Of a stretch of DNA of 20,000 bases, positions 1 through 8,294 are shown one piece after another. Position numbers and translations under genes: made by a program. The notes beneath the pieces were generated by a model. The model had not been told where the DNA came from and did no database searches. It saw only the letters and a program-made list of their open reading frames with translations. Source of the DNA: an uncultured virus (IMG/VR IMGVR_UViG_3300011712_000002) (lineage: Duplodnaviria > Heunggongvirae > Uroviricota > Caudoviricetes). How positions within the stretch are numbered: the stretch's first letter is position 1; each line of letters opens with the position of its first letter. The DNA lies in the IMG/VR virus record IMGVR_UViG_3300011712_000002; one strand, written 5' to 3'.

Positions 1-558
1 GTTATGAGCACGCCATACCAAAAGGCGTACCAACTAGGCATCGTTTATAACCTAAACCGTAATGCAGCGATTGTTCGTGCCGCTGTAATGTATAGGTCAC
101 ACAAGTTAAACTGTATGACGTTGGTAAAGCACAAAAGGCATGGTCAGATCTTAATGGAGATGATGCAGGCAGAGGGGTTGCGGGTTGACTTCATTTACGG
201 TGAATCATCCCAGAAAGTACGACAAGCAAAATTGCAGAGCCTGGCTGCAGGCAAAATAGACATTCTCATTGGCTCCACCATACTCGATGTAGGCGTTGAT
301 GTCCCAAGTGTGGGCGCGGTGATCCTGGCTGGTGGTGGAAAGGCAGAAGTCGAGATGCGTCAGCGTGTCGGACGCGGTCTACGTGCTAAAAAGAATCAGG
401 CAAATGTTTGTTTTATCTCTGACTTTATTGATAGTTCCAATAAGTACCTGATGTCTCATTCCTACGAGCGCAAAAACATCATTGACACTACACCCGGCTT
501 CGCTGAAGGCGTGTTACCGGTCGATGGGAAGTTTGATTTTAATGTTCTGGGCAACTGA
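1..558 (+). CDS. Superfamily 2 (DEAD/DEAH-like) helicase, C-terminal part; gene starts upstream of the window
   Basis: Helicase_C motifs: 'IDILIGSTILDVGVDVPSV' (motif V) and 'QRVGRGLR' (motif VI); frame open from base 1. Confidence 0.9.
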   Translation, partial: VMSTPYQKAYQLGIVYNLNRNAAIVRAAVMYRSHKLNCMTLVKHKRHGQILMEMMQAEGLRVDFIYGESSQKVRQAKLQSLAAGKIDILIGSTILDVGVDVPSVGAVILAGGGKAEVEMRQRVGRGLRAKKNQANVCFISDFIDSSNKYLMSHSYERKNIIDTTPGFAEGVLPVDGKFDFNVLGN

Positions 559-561
559 TAC

Positions 562-867
562 ATGGAAAAACCAAAACCTGTTTTTTGCCAGGTCGCTTTG
601 AGTCCTCGCGCTAACGACAAAGTCGAAGCGTTCAAAGACAAACTCAAAGAATCTGGCGTCAAGATGACCAAGTCTGAGGTAATCGACATGATCATCGCAG
701 AAGTAAATATGGCCGACTTCGCGCGGTACTCGAAAAGGGCAATGGCCACCAGTAAAGCCGCACAAAGGATTATTGAACTGTACAACACCACCGACATGAC
801 CGAAGAAGATCGGGATATTCTGCTCGCTGGTTTGGAACACTCAAACACCCCAGAACCGAAGCCTTAA
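562..867 (+). CDS. Small putative DNA-binding protein (ribbon-helix-helix-like N-terminus)
   Basis: Starts 3 nt after the helicase stop; 'FCQVALSPRANDKVEAF...MTKSEVIDMII' fits a strand-helix-helix pattern. Confidence 0.55.
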   Translation: MEKPKPVFCQVALSPRANDKVEAFKDKLKESGVKMTKSEVIDMIIAEVNMADFARYSKRAMATSKAAQRIIELYNTTDMTEEDRDILLAGLEHSNTPEPKP

Positions 868-876
868 CTTCACAAT

Positions 877-896
877 GGGCTGGTCTCGACCAGCCC
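877..896 (+). terminator. GC-rich hairpin after the 562-867 gene (no U tract)
   Basis: GGGCTGGTC-TC-GACCAGCCC inverted repeat. Confidence 0.45.
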
Positions 897-967
897 GCTA
901 CCTCGGCATCTCCCCACCTCAATTAGATTGCGTGTTACCCTACTCAAAACACTTATTCGGACACTAG

Positions 968-1504
968 ATGACTATCACCGACATTACATATGGCATACCT
1001 GCTGAGGTCTGGCCGCGAGATTACAAAGATGTTGAGCGCTCGCTTCAGTATTACCGCGCTAAGCGTGTTCCTGTAAAAGTGTCTTTAGAGGATGGCCAGG
1101 TATTCTCTCTCTTCGTATATGGACTGCTGTCAGCGCGCAACAAACTTGACCTGACACCGAGATTCGACGCCAATGATCATCGCGTTCGTGTGCCGCTAGA
1201 GCGTGTGGCGACGATTGAGACAATTAAGCAAGAAGAGGTGCAGACGAACTTTGAAGGCAGAATGACGATCAATGCTGATGATCACCAAAATCAGCCATCA
1301 AAGCGCGACTTCTTTAAAATTTGTCGCCAGGCGCATCAAAGCGAAAAGCTGATTCGCGTGTACATGGCCGATGGCAGAGAATTAGAAGGCGAATCAGCGG
1401 GTGTCACTGCCTGCCAAGTGAATATCCGACAAGAAGGCGGCAAGCAGGTGGTGGTGCTATTCGATTGGGTTGACCGCATCATTCCATTTGAGACAAATCA
1501 GTAA
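968..1504 (+). CDS. Protein with two tandem Sm/Hfq-like domains
   Basis: Repeat 1 'LQYYRAKRVPVKVSLEDGQVF...VRVPLERVATIE' and repeat 2 'FFKICRQAHQSEKLIRVYMADGRELEG...VVVLFDWVDRIIP' both resemble Hfq '[24 protein letters not shown]...MVYKHAISTVVP'. Confidence 0.6.
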   Translation: MTITDITYGIPAEVWPRDYKDVERSLQYYRAKRVPVKVSLEDGQVFSLFVYGLLSARNKLDLTPRFDANDHRVRVPLERVATIETIKQEEVQTNFEGRMTINADDHQNQPSKRDFFKICRQAHQSEKLIRVYMADGRELEGESAGVTACQVNIRQEGGKQVVVLFDWVDRIIPFETNQ

Positions 1505-1544
1505 CCTTCATTACGATGTCTTACGCAAAAGGAATCTAAAGCAA

Positions 1545-2591
1545 ATGAGTGAATATTCAATTGATGAATCTGGGTATACCGGACGAGATCTTCTACAAAA
1601 ATCTCAGCCTTGGCAAGGCGCAAGTGCTATAAACATTTCCAATGATGATGCTCGGTATCTAATTAAACAGCATTTCCCGAAACTCCAAGCTCCAGAATTA
1701 AAATTTAGCTCTCTCAAAAGACGGGTTACAAACCAAAAACCTCTCTATCTGTTGCAAAAGGATATTTTAGAGAATTTTAAAAGCGTCACTTGTGTTGCTG
1801 ATAAGCGGTTTCTACTTGTCCAAATGTTCATTGAGTATGCTGTTGAGCCCTTTTACTACGCCAATGATATAAATCTGTATGAAAATGGCGGCAATGTCAC
1901 TCTGGCTTCTATGGCTTACTATGTCTGTCAGAGTTATTACGGTAGAGATTTTGACAATATACTTTTGGCATTTCAGAATGCGATGTTTGAGAAAACGCCC
2001 ACTTCAATCGAGACCTTAATTTCTAGTATCCAAAGTATAAATTGGAATCGACTGCCAGAATTTTTCGGTCCATTAGCGCTTGAACACCCGGATTGTATAG
2101 ATGCAATTGTGAACCCAAGCATTTCAACCGACGCTGCATTTGTCATTCTCCAAGCATTGATTTCACGCACTGAACTAATGGCAGACGAGCCATATAGTAT
2201 AAAACATGATCGTTCAGACAACCTTTTGCAATACAACAATTACCTATCCATGCTAATCAATTGCAAAAGCCCTGCTGAGTTTAAAATGTCTGAAATCGCA
2301 GGCATTAAATATCCGTTAAAAGTCAAACAAGTAAATCAAGTCGATTCGAAGCTACACCCATCCGTTCAACTTTGTGACATTTTAATTGGAGGCGCAATTA
2401 ATGGCGTCCGAGAGTTGATTGAAACTAAGGAAATGTCTTTTTACTCGCCACTGAAACTTTATGAAGGCAATCAAATCATTCACTTTACTCCAAACATAGA
2501 CTTTGAAAGTGAAATGAAATTCAGAAATGGATCTCAAGGTAATGAAATGATCAATTTTATAGCCAAACAATTAAAAACTTCAGGTTATTAA
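1545..2591 (+). CDS. DUF3800-family protein (RNase H-like fold, putative nuclease)
   Basis: N-terminal 'IDESG' and C-terminal 'DSK..SVQLCD' motifs; ATG 1545 after AAGGA; AT-rich relative to flanks. Confidence 0.75.
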   Translation: MSEYSIDESGYTGRDLLQKSQPWQGASAINISNDDARYLIKQHFPKLQAPELKFSSLKRRVTNQKPLYLLQKDILENFKSVTCVADKRFLLVQMFIEYAVEPFYYANDINLYENGGNVTLASMAYYVCQSYYGRDFDNILLAFQNAMFEKTPTSIETLISSIQSINWNRLPEFFGPLALEHPDCIDAIVNPSISTDAAFVILQALISRTELMADEPYSIKHDRSDNLLQYNNYLSMLINCKSPAEFKMSEIAGIKYPLKVKQVNQVDSKLHPSVQLCDILIGGAINGVRELIETKEMSFYSPLKLYEGNQIIHFTPNIDFESEMKFRNGSQGNEMINFIAKQLKTSGY

Positions 2592-2601
2592 TTTCATGAT
2601 T

Positions 2602-2625
2602 AATGACGCCCGTTAGGGCGTCATT
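2602..2625. terminator. Bidirectional terminator between convergent genes
   Basis: AATGACGCCC-GTTA-GGGCGTCATT perfect stem. Confidence 0.8.
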
Positions 2626-2627
2626 TA

Positions 2628-3056
2628 TTACCAAGCAGTTTTGTTCAGATAGAAGTCACCACCGGCATTGCTGCCAAATCTGTAAGCGGCCTCCGATTTC
2701 ACATTCACTGTTGTCTCTACGTTCTCACCGGCACAGAACGGCATAGCTCTGGAAAGTCGAGCACCGATAATGTGTTCCCCGGGCGCAAGGTAAAGGCTTA
2801 CCTTCTCAGACATCCCCACTTCGGCCACGTCTTTGCCATCAACAGCAACCATCGCGGTGCAGAATGCCCCCTTAGTCCCAGAATCGCGTTTAACGACCGT
2901 CAGCACCGTGCCGGTGGCGGATTGTGTAAGGGTGCGATCGATGATCTGCTTCGATGGTACTTCTTTTGCTTCACCGGTCGCTACTGGTTGGTTGGAGCAA
3001 GCGGAGAGAAGGAGTGCAGCAGCTGTTGCAGCGAAATAGGCAATTTTCATATTCAT
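2628..3056 (-). CDS. Lipoprotein of unknown function
   Basis: Signal peptide with lipobox LSAC; beta-rich mature domain with two further Cys. Confidence 0.8.
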   Translation of the reverse strand: MNMKIAYFAATAAALLLSACSNQPVATGEAKEVPSKQIIDRTLTQSATGTVLTVVKRDSGTKGAFCTAMVAVDGKDVAEVGMSEKVSLYLAPGEHIIGARLSRAMPFCAGENVETTVNVKSEAAYRFGSNAGGDFYLNKTAW

Positions 3057-3156
3057 CCCGAATCTATAAGGGCAATCTAATTTAAGTTATGTAGTGCAGG
3101 CGTGTTATTCACCGTTGCATCATATCAGCAAGCTATAAGGTTATCCATGCGGCAGC

Positions 3157-3273
3157 GGTCAAGTGGTTAATTGTTGAGTCGGTCAATTATATATAAGGTC
3201 AATATAGTCAATGCTGTAATATTTTTTGGTCGACATGGTCTACCGGTTAATTATATATATAAGGGGAGCGACC
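3157..3273. repeat. Cluster of GGTYAA-like hexamers and two CGGTYAATTATATA(TA)TAAGG direct repeats
   Basis: Hexamers at 3157, 3165, 3181, 3197, 3206, 3228, 3237, 3245; longer repeats at about 3180-3198 and 3244-3264. Confidence 0.6.
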
Positions 3274-3371
3274 GAAATAGGGTATTTATTGAGGGAACAC
3301 CTTCCTTCCTTATACGCTTATTTCTAGGACTTTGCTTTTTTCATCTTTTTTAAAAAAATCACAAAAAGGAC

Positions 3372-3399
3372 TTGCACGGTTTTTTAACTCATCCATAAT
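3372..3399 (+). promoter_or_regulatory. Putative sigma70 promoter with upstream A tracts
   Basis: TTGCAC-N16-CATAAT upstream of the 3477 gene. Confidence 0.6.
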
Positions 3400-3476
3400 G
3401 CAACACATCGAAAGCAAACACGCTAACGATAAACAAAACTTTCAGCGCTTTGCGCAAATATATAGGATTAAAAATT

Positions 3477-4130
3477 ATGTCTAATATCATCTCAAAAAAA
3501 TCTGTTCTTGAAGCTGCTACCACTGTTGCAACTGAATTAGCTGAAACTGTTGCAAGCGTCGAACAAAATTACACTACTCGCTATAATGCTGGACAAGATA
3601 CCAAAGCAGATAAAAAAGCTATGCAAGCTGCTAAAACTAAACTTGCATACTTCACTAACAACGTTTGCAAGCCACTGACAGACGATAAAGCAAATAGCGT
3701 GTTTTATTATGCGATTAAAGCAAGCAAGCAAACGCCAGAGCAGTTTTTCCGCGAAGCAATGGAGAATAGCTATAGCTTAGAAAAACTGGTCTACTTGATT
3801 AATTCTATCCGCGCTAAACGTTGCGAATACTCATTAGCGGATCAATCTGGTTCACGCGTTTTTGCAATTGTTGAAATTATCAAAGATGAAATGGAAATTT
3901 TCACCAATGGCGCAATTAAAACGCTGATGGATGAAGCGAAGAAAGAAAACGAGAAGCAAGCGGATCAAACGTATACGCAAGCAAATCAGTTAATCGCTAT
4001 GTGTGAACGTTTGGGCTTGATTGAGAAGATCAAAGGAGCTGGCGCAGCCAAAAACGGATCACAACAATATAAACTGTTAGATAATGATTTTGTGTCTTAT
4101 ATCCGTGATGCTTTCGCAGTAGCTCAATAA
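3477..4130 (+). CDS. Hypothetical protein, possible C-terminal winged helix
   Basis: AGGA RBS then ATG 3477; C-terminal 'QANQLIAMCERLGLIEKIKG...YKLL' resembles a wHTH wing. Confidence 0.8.
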   Translation: MSNIISKKSVLEAATTVATELAETVASVEQNYTTRYNAGQDTKADKKAMQAAKTKLAYFTNNVCKPLTDDKANSVFYYAIKASKQTPEQFFREAMENSYSLEKLVYLINSIRAKRCEYSLADQSGSRVFAIVEIIKDEMEIFTNGAIKTLMDEAKKENEKQADQTYTQANQLIAMCERLGLIEKIKGAGAAKNGSQQYKLLDNDFVSYIRDAFAVAQ

Positions 4131-4138
4131 AGGAATAT

Positions 4139-4457
4139 AGCGCCCACTATGGGCGCTTTTAAATGGACACAAAAGAATGACTAAGCAAGAATATTTAAAG
4201 CGTCAGAATAAAGCATATTTGAAATTTAAAGCGGAACTTTGCGAGGAACTACAAGCGGAAGTTGACGCAATGAATTTAAATTTTTTCGATGTCGTTAATG
4301 GTTATATGACGGAAAGAAAAAAGCGTTATATGTTTTTAGTCGATACAATCGGAAAATTAAAACGCGATCTTTACTGCTAATTTTAAGCGCCCACTATGGG
4401 CGCTTTTTTTGCTTTCCAGATCCGCACCACTTCAGCGCCCACTATGGGCGCTTTTTT
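4139..4457 (+). repeat. Three identical terminator-like hairpins AGCGCCCACTATGGGCGCT(T)n
   Basis: Exact 19-bp copies at 4139-4157, 4386-4404 and 4434-4452, each followed by a T run. Confidence 0.9.
4177..4380 (+). CDS. Hypothetical 67-aa protein between hairpin repeats
   Basis: ORF fills the gap between hairpin copies 1 and 2; GGA upstream. Confidence 0.65.
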   Translation: MTKQEYLKRQNKAYLKFKAELCEELQAEVDAMNLNFFDVVNGYMTERKKRYMFLVDTIGKLKRDLYC

Positions 4458-4860
4458 CGTTGTGTCGCAGCAAACGAGACAAGCCACAAAATCGACGCTA
4501 TGAGACGATCACAGAGACGCGTTTTAACGTTGGGCAATGCGTTACCACGCGCTATAGATTCAAGCGCTTAGAATGCTTTACAGCACGTTTAAATCACCAT
4601 GTTTAAATTGTGATCGCTGTCTGGTGTAACGTTGCCAATATGGGCGCGCTGCTATGTGTCGGTATGGTGCGGCATTGTGCGCTGGCATCGCGTGGCGCTG
4701 GTACAATGTGCGCTTATTGGCTGGCGTGTCTGGCTGGCTATCCAGTGGTAAAGCAGTCAAGGCGTAAAGCCATTCAGGTGGATGCTCGGCAAATGGCTTG
4801 GGTCGATTCTGGGGTGTCCCTGACCACCGCCCTACCCCACTCCTAAAGCCAAACCTGCTG

Positions 4861-5004
4861 TATACCGAAATCCCTATACCGAAAGCTGGCCGTTTCCCGA
4901 AAAATTCCCCTACCCGTTTCCCTGCGGCTACCCTTCGAGGGTTATGGCCGTTTTCAAAAATTTACCTGCGGCCAGGGTTCCCATCAAAAAGAGCGCCGTT
5001 TCCG
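4861..5004 (+). repeat. CCGTTTCC / TATACCG repeat cluster 1
   Basis: TATACCGAAA at 4861 and 4875; CCGTTT(C/T)C at 4890, 4914, 4948, 4996. Confidence 0.7.
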
Positions 5005-5020
5005 ACGCCCTAAACAAAGT

Positions 5021-5836
5021 TTATAAATTTGCTCCGGTCTTACTCATCGAGGTCACTGCATACACTACAAAAGCATTAGTTACGCGAATATCAGGCCCTG
5101 TCTCGTAAACGTCATCCCCCTGAATCATACCGTTCAGATACATTTCATCGCCTTCAACGTGGAAGATAAATCCTGTGTATGGCTGTCCTGATATTTTTAG
5201 TCTGAAACCAAAATAATTTCCTGTATCCACCTTCGATATGCTTTTGAATCCATCGACATCGTGTAATAGAGCAAGGTAATTAGCTAAGGAGATGTAGTTT
5301 GAGTACGGTGACCCAGGACCTCGTGAGATGTAGAGTCCTGAAGCAAGCTGAGCCTCTGAGAAGCCTAAGTCGCTAACTTCTTCTTTATGTTTTTCGTATG
5401 AGTCTTGTATGGCTTGTGCAGCTGTTTTTACATGTGATTTATCATACTCTTCTTTTTTAATATCTTGTATTGCGAAGCTTGTAGAAATGCAGTTTGAAGG
5501 GCCTTTTGATTTATTCAGCATCGTCTCACAAATAGCATTATTGCGGGCTATGTATTCATCTCGCACACATGCGTCATTACTACATTCATTTCTTGTCTGG
5601 AGCCAAGCCTTCTGCTCAATTTTTGCATTTGAAATTACATCCGCGTCTACCGGAGCCTTCAATAGGCTCTTGTAGTTTGTAGATAGAACATCATCAAGCC
5701 GACTTATCTCGTAGTTTTTGCAGATAATATTCTCAACCTGGGTTGAAGCTTTGGCACAGTCAAAGGAGGCCGCGTTAGCTTGTAATCCAGCCAGCAGACC
5801 GATAGCTGCCATACCGATGTGTTTAATCATTTTCAT
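5021..5836 (-). CDS. Exported LprI (DUF1311, lysozyme-inhibitor-like) domain protein
   Basis: Signal peptide then 'ASFDCAKASTQVENIIC...LD..L..Y...EQKAWLQTRNEC..DAC...Y..R', the LprI pattern. Confidence 0.8.
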   Translation of the reverse strand: MKMIKHIGMAAIGLLAGLQANAASFDCAKASTQVENIICKNYEISRLDDVLSTNYKSLLKAPVDADVISNAKIEQKAWLQTRNECSNDACVRDEYIARNNAICETMLNKSKGPSNCISTSFAIQDIKKEEYDKSHVKTAAQAIQDSYEKHKEEVSDLGFSEAQLASGLYISRGPGSPYSNYISLANYLALLHDVDGFKSISKVDTGNYFGFRLKISGQPYTGFIFHVEGDEMYLNGMIQGDDVYETGPDIRVTNAFVVYAVTSMSKTGANL

Positions 5837-5874
5837 TCCATTGTCCCCTTGAAGTAACACCCAAAGTTATCGTC

Positions 5875-6125
5875 TCAAATACAAATATCTTTAGAGTATT
5901 CAATCAGGGAACTGATGCGATCATACATGGCGATGACTTCCCAGCGCACGAGGGAACGCTGCTGTAGCCACACATCGACTTTGGCCTTCCATACCCCATA
6001 TGCTTGGGCATAAATGGTGCTCCCGCGCTGGTGGGGCTGAACCTGAGCGATATACTCCTTTGCTATTTCTGGCAGAAGGCTTCCGTCTCCGGGTTCTGGA
6101 TTGCTGGCGTTGGTTTGAATTTCAT
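5875..6125 (-). pseudogene. Frameshifted ~83-aa gene (one base missing in an A run near 6066-6068)
   Basis: GAGG RBS and ATG 6125 give MKFKPTPAIQNPETEAFCQK*; adding one A continues IAKEYIAQVQ...EYSKDICI* to 5875. Confidence 0.7.
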
Positions 6126-6134
6126 GGTGACCTC

Positions 6135-6416
6135 TCAGTGCATCAAGCCGATGTCTACGCTCTCGCCACCTTCAGTGAGGCGGATCATCAACATTGCGAA
6201 GGCATTGAGTGGATAACCGGCGTGCCATTCAGGAGCACGGTCATCAATCATGAAGTCGGCCACATCGAAGAGTGCGCCTTCGTGGTGGAAGAAGCGGGTG
6301 CTGCCCTGGTCGTCATATTCGACGTGATCCATTTCGTTCTGCTCGACTTCGTTCAGGTCAAGCCAGGAAAGCAGGTGGACGTTTTCTGCTTTGGGTGTAA
6401 CGTTAAATTCGGTCAT
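6135..6416 (-). CDS. Acidic hypothetical protein
   Basis: 93-aa ORF directly downstream of a repeated promoter cassette. Confidence 0.8.
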   Translation of the reverse strand: MTEFNVTPKAENVHLLSWLDLNEVEQNEMDHVEYDDQGSTRFFHHEGALFDVADFMIDDRAPEWHAGYPLNAFAMLMIRLTEGGESVDIGLMH

Positions 6417-6439
6417 GTGCTTTTCTCTTGTTTTGTTGT

Positions 6440-6483
6440 TGGACTAATTATCGCAAGTGACACACGGCAGAAAACAAATTGTT
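6440..6483 (-). promoter_or_regulatory. Class-A promoter/operator cassette
   Basis: Minus strand AACAATTTGTTTTCT-GCC-N13-GATAAT. Confidence 0.7.
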
Positions 6484-6497
6484 ATCGGGCATAAGAA

Positions 6498-6521
6498 AAT
6501 GGCGCGGGTTAGCGCGCCATT
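6498..6521 (-). terminator. Intrinsic terminator
   Basis: AATGGCGCG/CGCGCCATT stem with U tract on the minus strand. Confidence 0.75.
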
Positions 6522-6526
6522 GTGGT

Positions 6527-6949
6527 TTAAGCAGTCTGGCCTGCGGCCAGCACATCAGCAGGTAGATAATTGTCCAGCGTTACGCCGGAGGTAATTTTCA
6601 TGCCATATGCGCCGATCCAGGTGCTGGTGTTGTCGATGCCTGTCTCAATGAAGTCGGTAACCTCATCCATCAGGGTCTCGAACAGGTCTTTACCTGATGC
6701 ACGGTAATGACCTTCAATTGCCACCAGCAGTGGGTCACTGCCGTCCATAACAGTTTGCGCACCGATGGAGTACACCGCAGGTTGCGCTTTGTCTTTCGGG
6801 GTTGTTCGAACCAGGGTACTGATCTGCTTCTCAAGCCCTACGGACGTATCACGGATCTGGACAGTAATCTTTGCCACCTTGCCACCGTCTTCGGTGCGCT
6901 CAGAGGCGTAATACATGTCGTAAACCAGTTCTGTTGCCTTGTATGTCAT
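6527..6949 (-). CDS. Hypothetical protein
   Basis: 140-aa ORF with GGAGG RBS, own promoter and terminator. Confidence 0.85.
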   Translation of the reverse strand: MTYKATELVYDMYYASERTEDGGKVAKITVQIRDTSVGLEKQISTLVRTTPKDKAQPAVYSIGAQTVMDGSDPLLVAIEGHYRASGKDLFETLMDEVTDFIETGIDNTSTWIGAYGMKITSGVTLDNYLPADVLAAGQTA

Positions 6950-6979
6950 ATGACCTCCATGTCATGTTTAGTCGCGGCC

Positions 6980-7008
6980 ATTGTAGATAGGTGGTTACCT
7001 ACTTACAA
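6980..7008 (-). promoter_or_regulatory. Sigma70 promoter containing a class-B operator
   Basis: TTGTAA-N17-TACAAT on the minus strand; TAGGTGGTTACCTACTTA at 6988-7005. Confidence 0.75.
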
Positions 7009-7030
7009 GCCGAAGGGCGCTAACCAATGC

Positions 7031-7051
7031 AAAAAGCCCCAGATGGGGCTT
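7031..7051 (-). terminator. Intrinsic terminator
   Basis: AAAAAGCCCC-AGAT-GGGGCTT. Confidence 0.75.
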
Positions 7052-7394
7052 AGTCGAATGACTTGAGGAATGCTTCTACATCACGATGAGCAACGAGGTC
7101 GAGATAAGTTGTCCAGATCGCGTCAGTCGCCTGGCATCCGGTGAAATAGCGACATTTTAGAGTTTTGTAATATTCGCCACTAGCATGACTCATATCGAAC
7201 AACGAGCCAATTTCATCATTATCGCCATTATTCCAATCTGCAATGACCAAGGTTGGCTCATCATCGCGCATGTCGATGCTCACCACCCAACGCGCATCAA
7301 TGACAGTAAAGTTACCATCCACCAGCTCTTCATAATCGTTGTACTCTTCTTTGGTGATCTCGCGGAAATCAGACATTGATTCGTTCATGTGCAT
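7050..7394 (-). CDS. Acidic hypothetical protein
   Basis: 114-aa ORF with AAGGA RBS, downstream of a class-A cassette. Confidence 0.8.
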   Translation of the reverse strand: MHMNESMSDFREITKEEYNDYEELVDGNFTVIDARWVVSIDMRDDEPTLVIADWNNGDNDEIGSLFDMSHASGEYYKTLKCRYFTGCQATDAIWTTYLDLVAHRDVEAFLKSFD

Positions 7395-7402
7395 ATCCTT
7401 TT

Positions 7403-7463
7403 AAACAATTTGTTTTCTTATGTGTCTTATTATCGCATGTGATTAAAGGCAGTAAACAAAATG
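7403..7463 (-). promoter_or_regulatory. Class-A promoter/operator cassette
   Basis: AAACAATTTGTTTTCTTAT at 7403-7421; GCC-N13-GATAAT on the minus strand; partial second site at 7454. Confidence 0.8.
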
Positions 7464-7492
7464 AGTCAGGGGAGATGCGGGGTGAACGAACC

Positions 7493-7525
7493 AAAAAAAA
7501 GCCCACCAAGGATTAGAGGTGGGCT
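7493..7525 (-). terminator. Intrinsic terminator
   Basis: A8 followed by GCCCACC...GGTGGGC stem. Confidence 0.7.
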
Positions 7526-7550
7526 GACTGAATTAGTCAAAGGCACATGA

Positions 7551-7889
7551 TTATACTGCTACGGCGATCGTCGCTCGCTGAATCTCCATCTGGGCAATCT
7601 GGTTAACAAGAACCAGCACCCGCTCAAGTTGGTCTTTAGGGAAGTGCTGAATATTTGCGAATCTGTACTTTCGATTTGAGCGCATAACAGAGATGGACAG
7701 GCGCTCACCCACTTTGTAGCGCTTGCACTCGCCGCTCTCTAACGACTTATGCTCAAAAATCTTCTCACGAAACACACCGATGATTACTCCGTTCGCAGTT
7801 ATGTCCACCAGATTCACGCGGGAGATTGAGCGCTTGATCGGATTGAACGTGCTGCGATGGTAGTTAGCGATAGCTTGCATCAGATTCAT
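7551..7889 (-). CDS. Basic hypothetical protein
   Basis: Start MNLMQ at 7889, just downstream of a class-A operator. Confidence 0.75.
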   Translation of the reverse strand: MNLMQAIANYHRSTFNPIKRSISRVNLVDITANGVIIGVFREKIFEHKSLESGECKRYKVGERLSISVMRSNRKYRFANIQHFPKDQLERVLVLVNQIAQMEIQRATIAVAV

Positions 7890-7902
7890 ATTCACACCAT
7901 GT

Positions 7903-7960
7903 AAACAATTTGTTTTCTCGTTGGTGTAAATAATACAGTGTCTCAATAGGGCACAAAGCA
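7903..7960 (-). promoter_or_regulatory. Class-A promoter/operator cassette
   Basis: AAACAATTTGTTTTCTCG at 7903; GCC-N14-TATTAT on the minus strand. Confidence 0.75.
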
Positions 7961-8017
7961 TAACGTATCGGGTGCTTGTAGATGATCGGCAGCTGGTGGC
8001 CGCAGGTGGAAGTGGGC

Positions 8018-8043
8018 AAAAGAAAAGCCACCTCGCTGGTGGC
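8018..8043 (-). terminator. Intrinsic terminator
   Basis: GCCACC-TCGCT-GGTGGC preceded by AAAAGAAAA. Confidence 0.7.
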
Positions 8044-8050
8044 CTGTTGA

Positions 8051-8284
8051 CTACAGTGAATCTTCGTCTCTGTCTTCCGGGAACTCTTTGTAGACTGCCT
8101 CTGCAAGCTCCTGCTGCTGCTCAGGGGAAAGCTGCTCCCACACATCAACCCCTTTCGGGCCATCTCCTTTTGCGGGAATGTATGACCATAATTTAGCGTA
8201 AAGCTCTTTGCCGACACCATCCAAACACTCGGCCAGCTCGTCAACGCTCCAGTATTTAAGCAACTCGGGCATTTTCACAGACAT
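8051..8284 (-). CDS. Acidic 77-aa hypothetical protein
   Basis: AAGGGGG RBS then ATG 8284 (MSVKMPELL...). Confidence 0.8.
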   Translation of the reverse strand: MSVKMPELLKYWSVDELAECLDGVGKELYAKLWSYIPAKGDGPKGVDVWEQLSPEQQQELAEAVYKEFPEDRDEDSL

Positions 8285-8294
8285 TGTTTCCCCC

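Noticed and set aside
4139..4457. CRISPR array from the three palindromic repeats
   Set aside because: Repeats are 19-22 bp with T tails, spacing is 247 and 48 bp, and no cas genes are present; they look like terminators
4409..5013. Short ORFs 4409-4606, 4610-4846 and 4798-5013
   Set aside because: Non-ATG starts, no RBS, and they run through hairpins and repeat arrays
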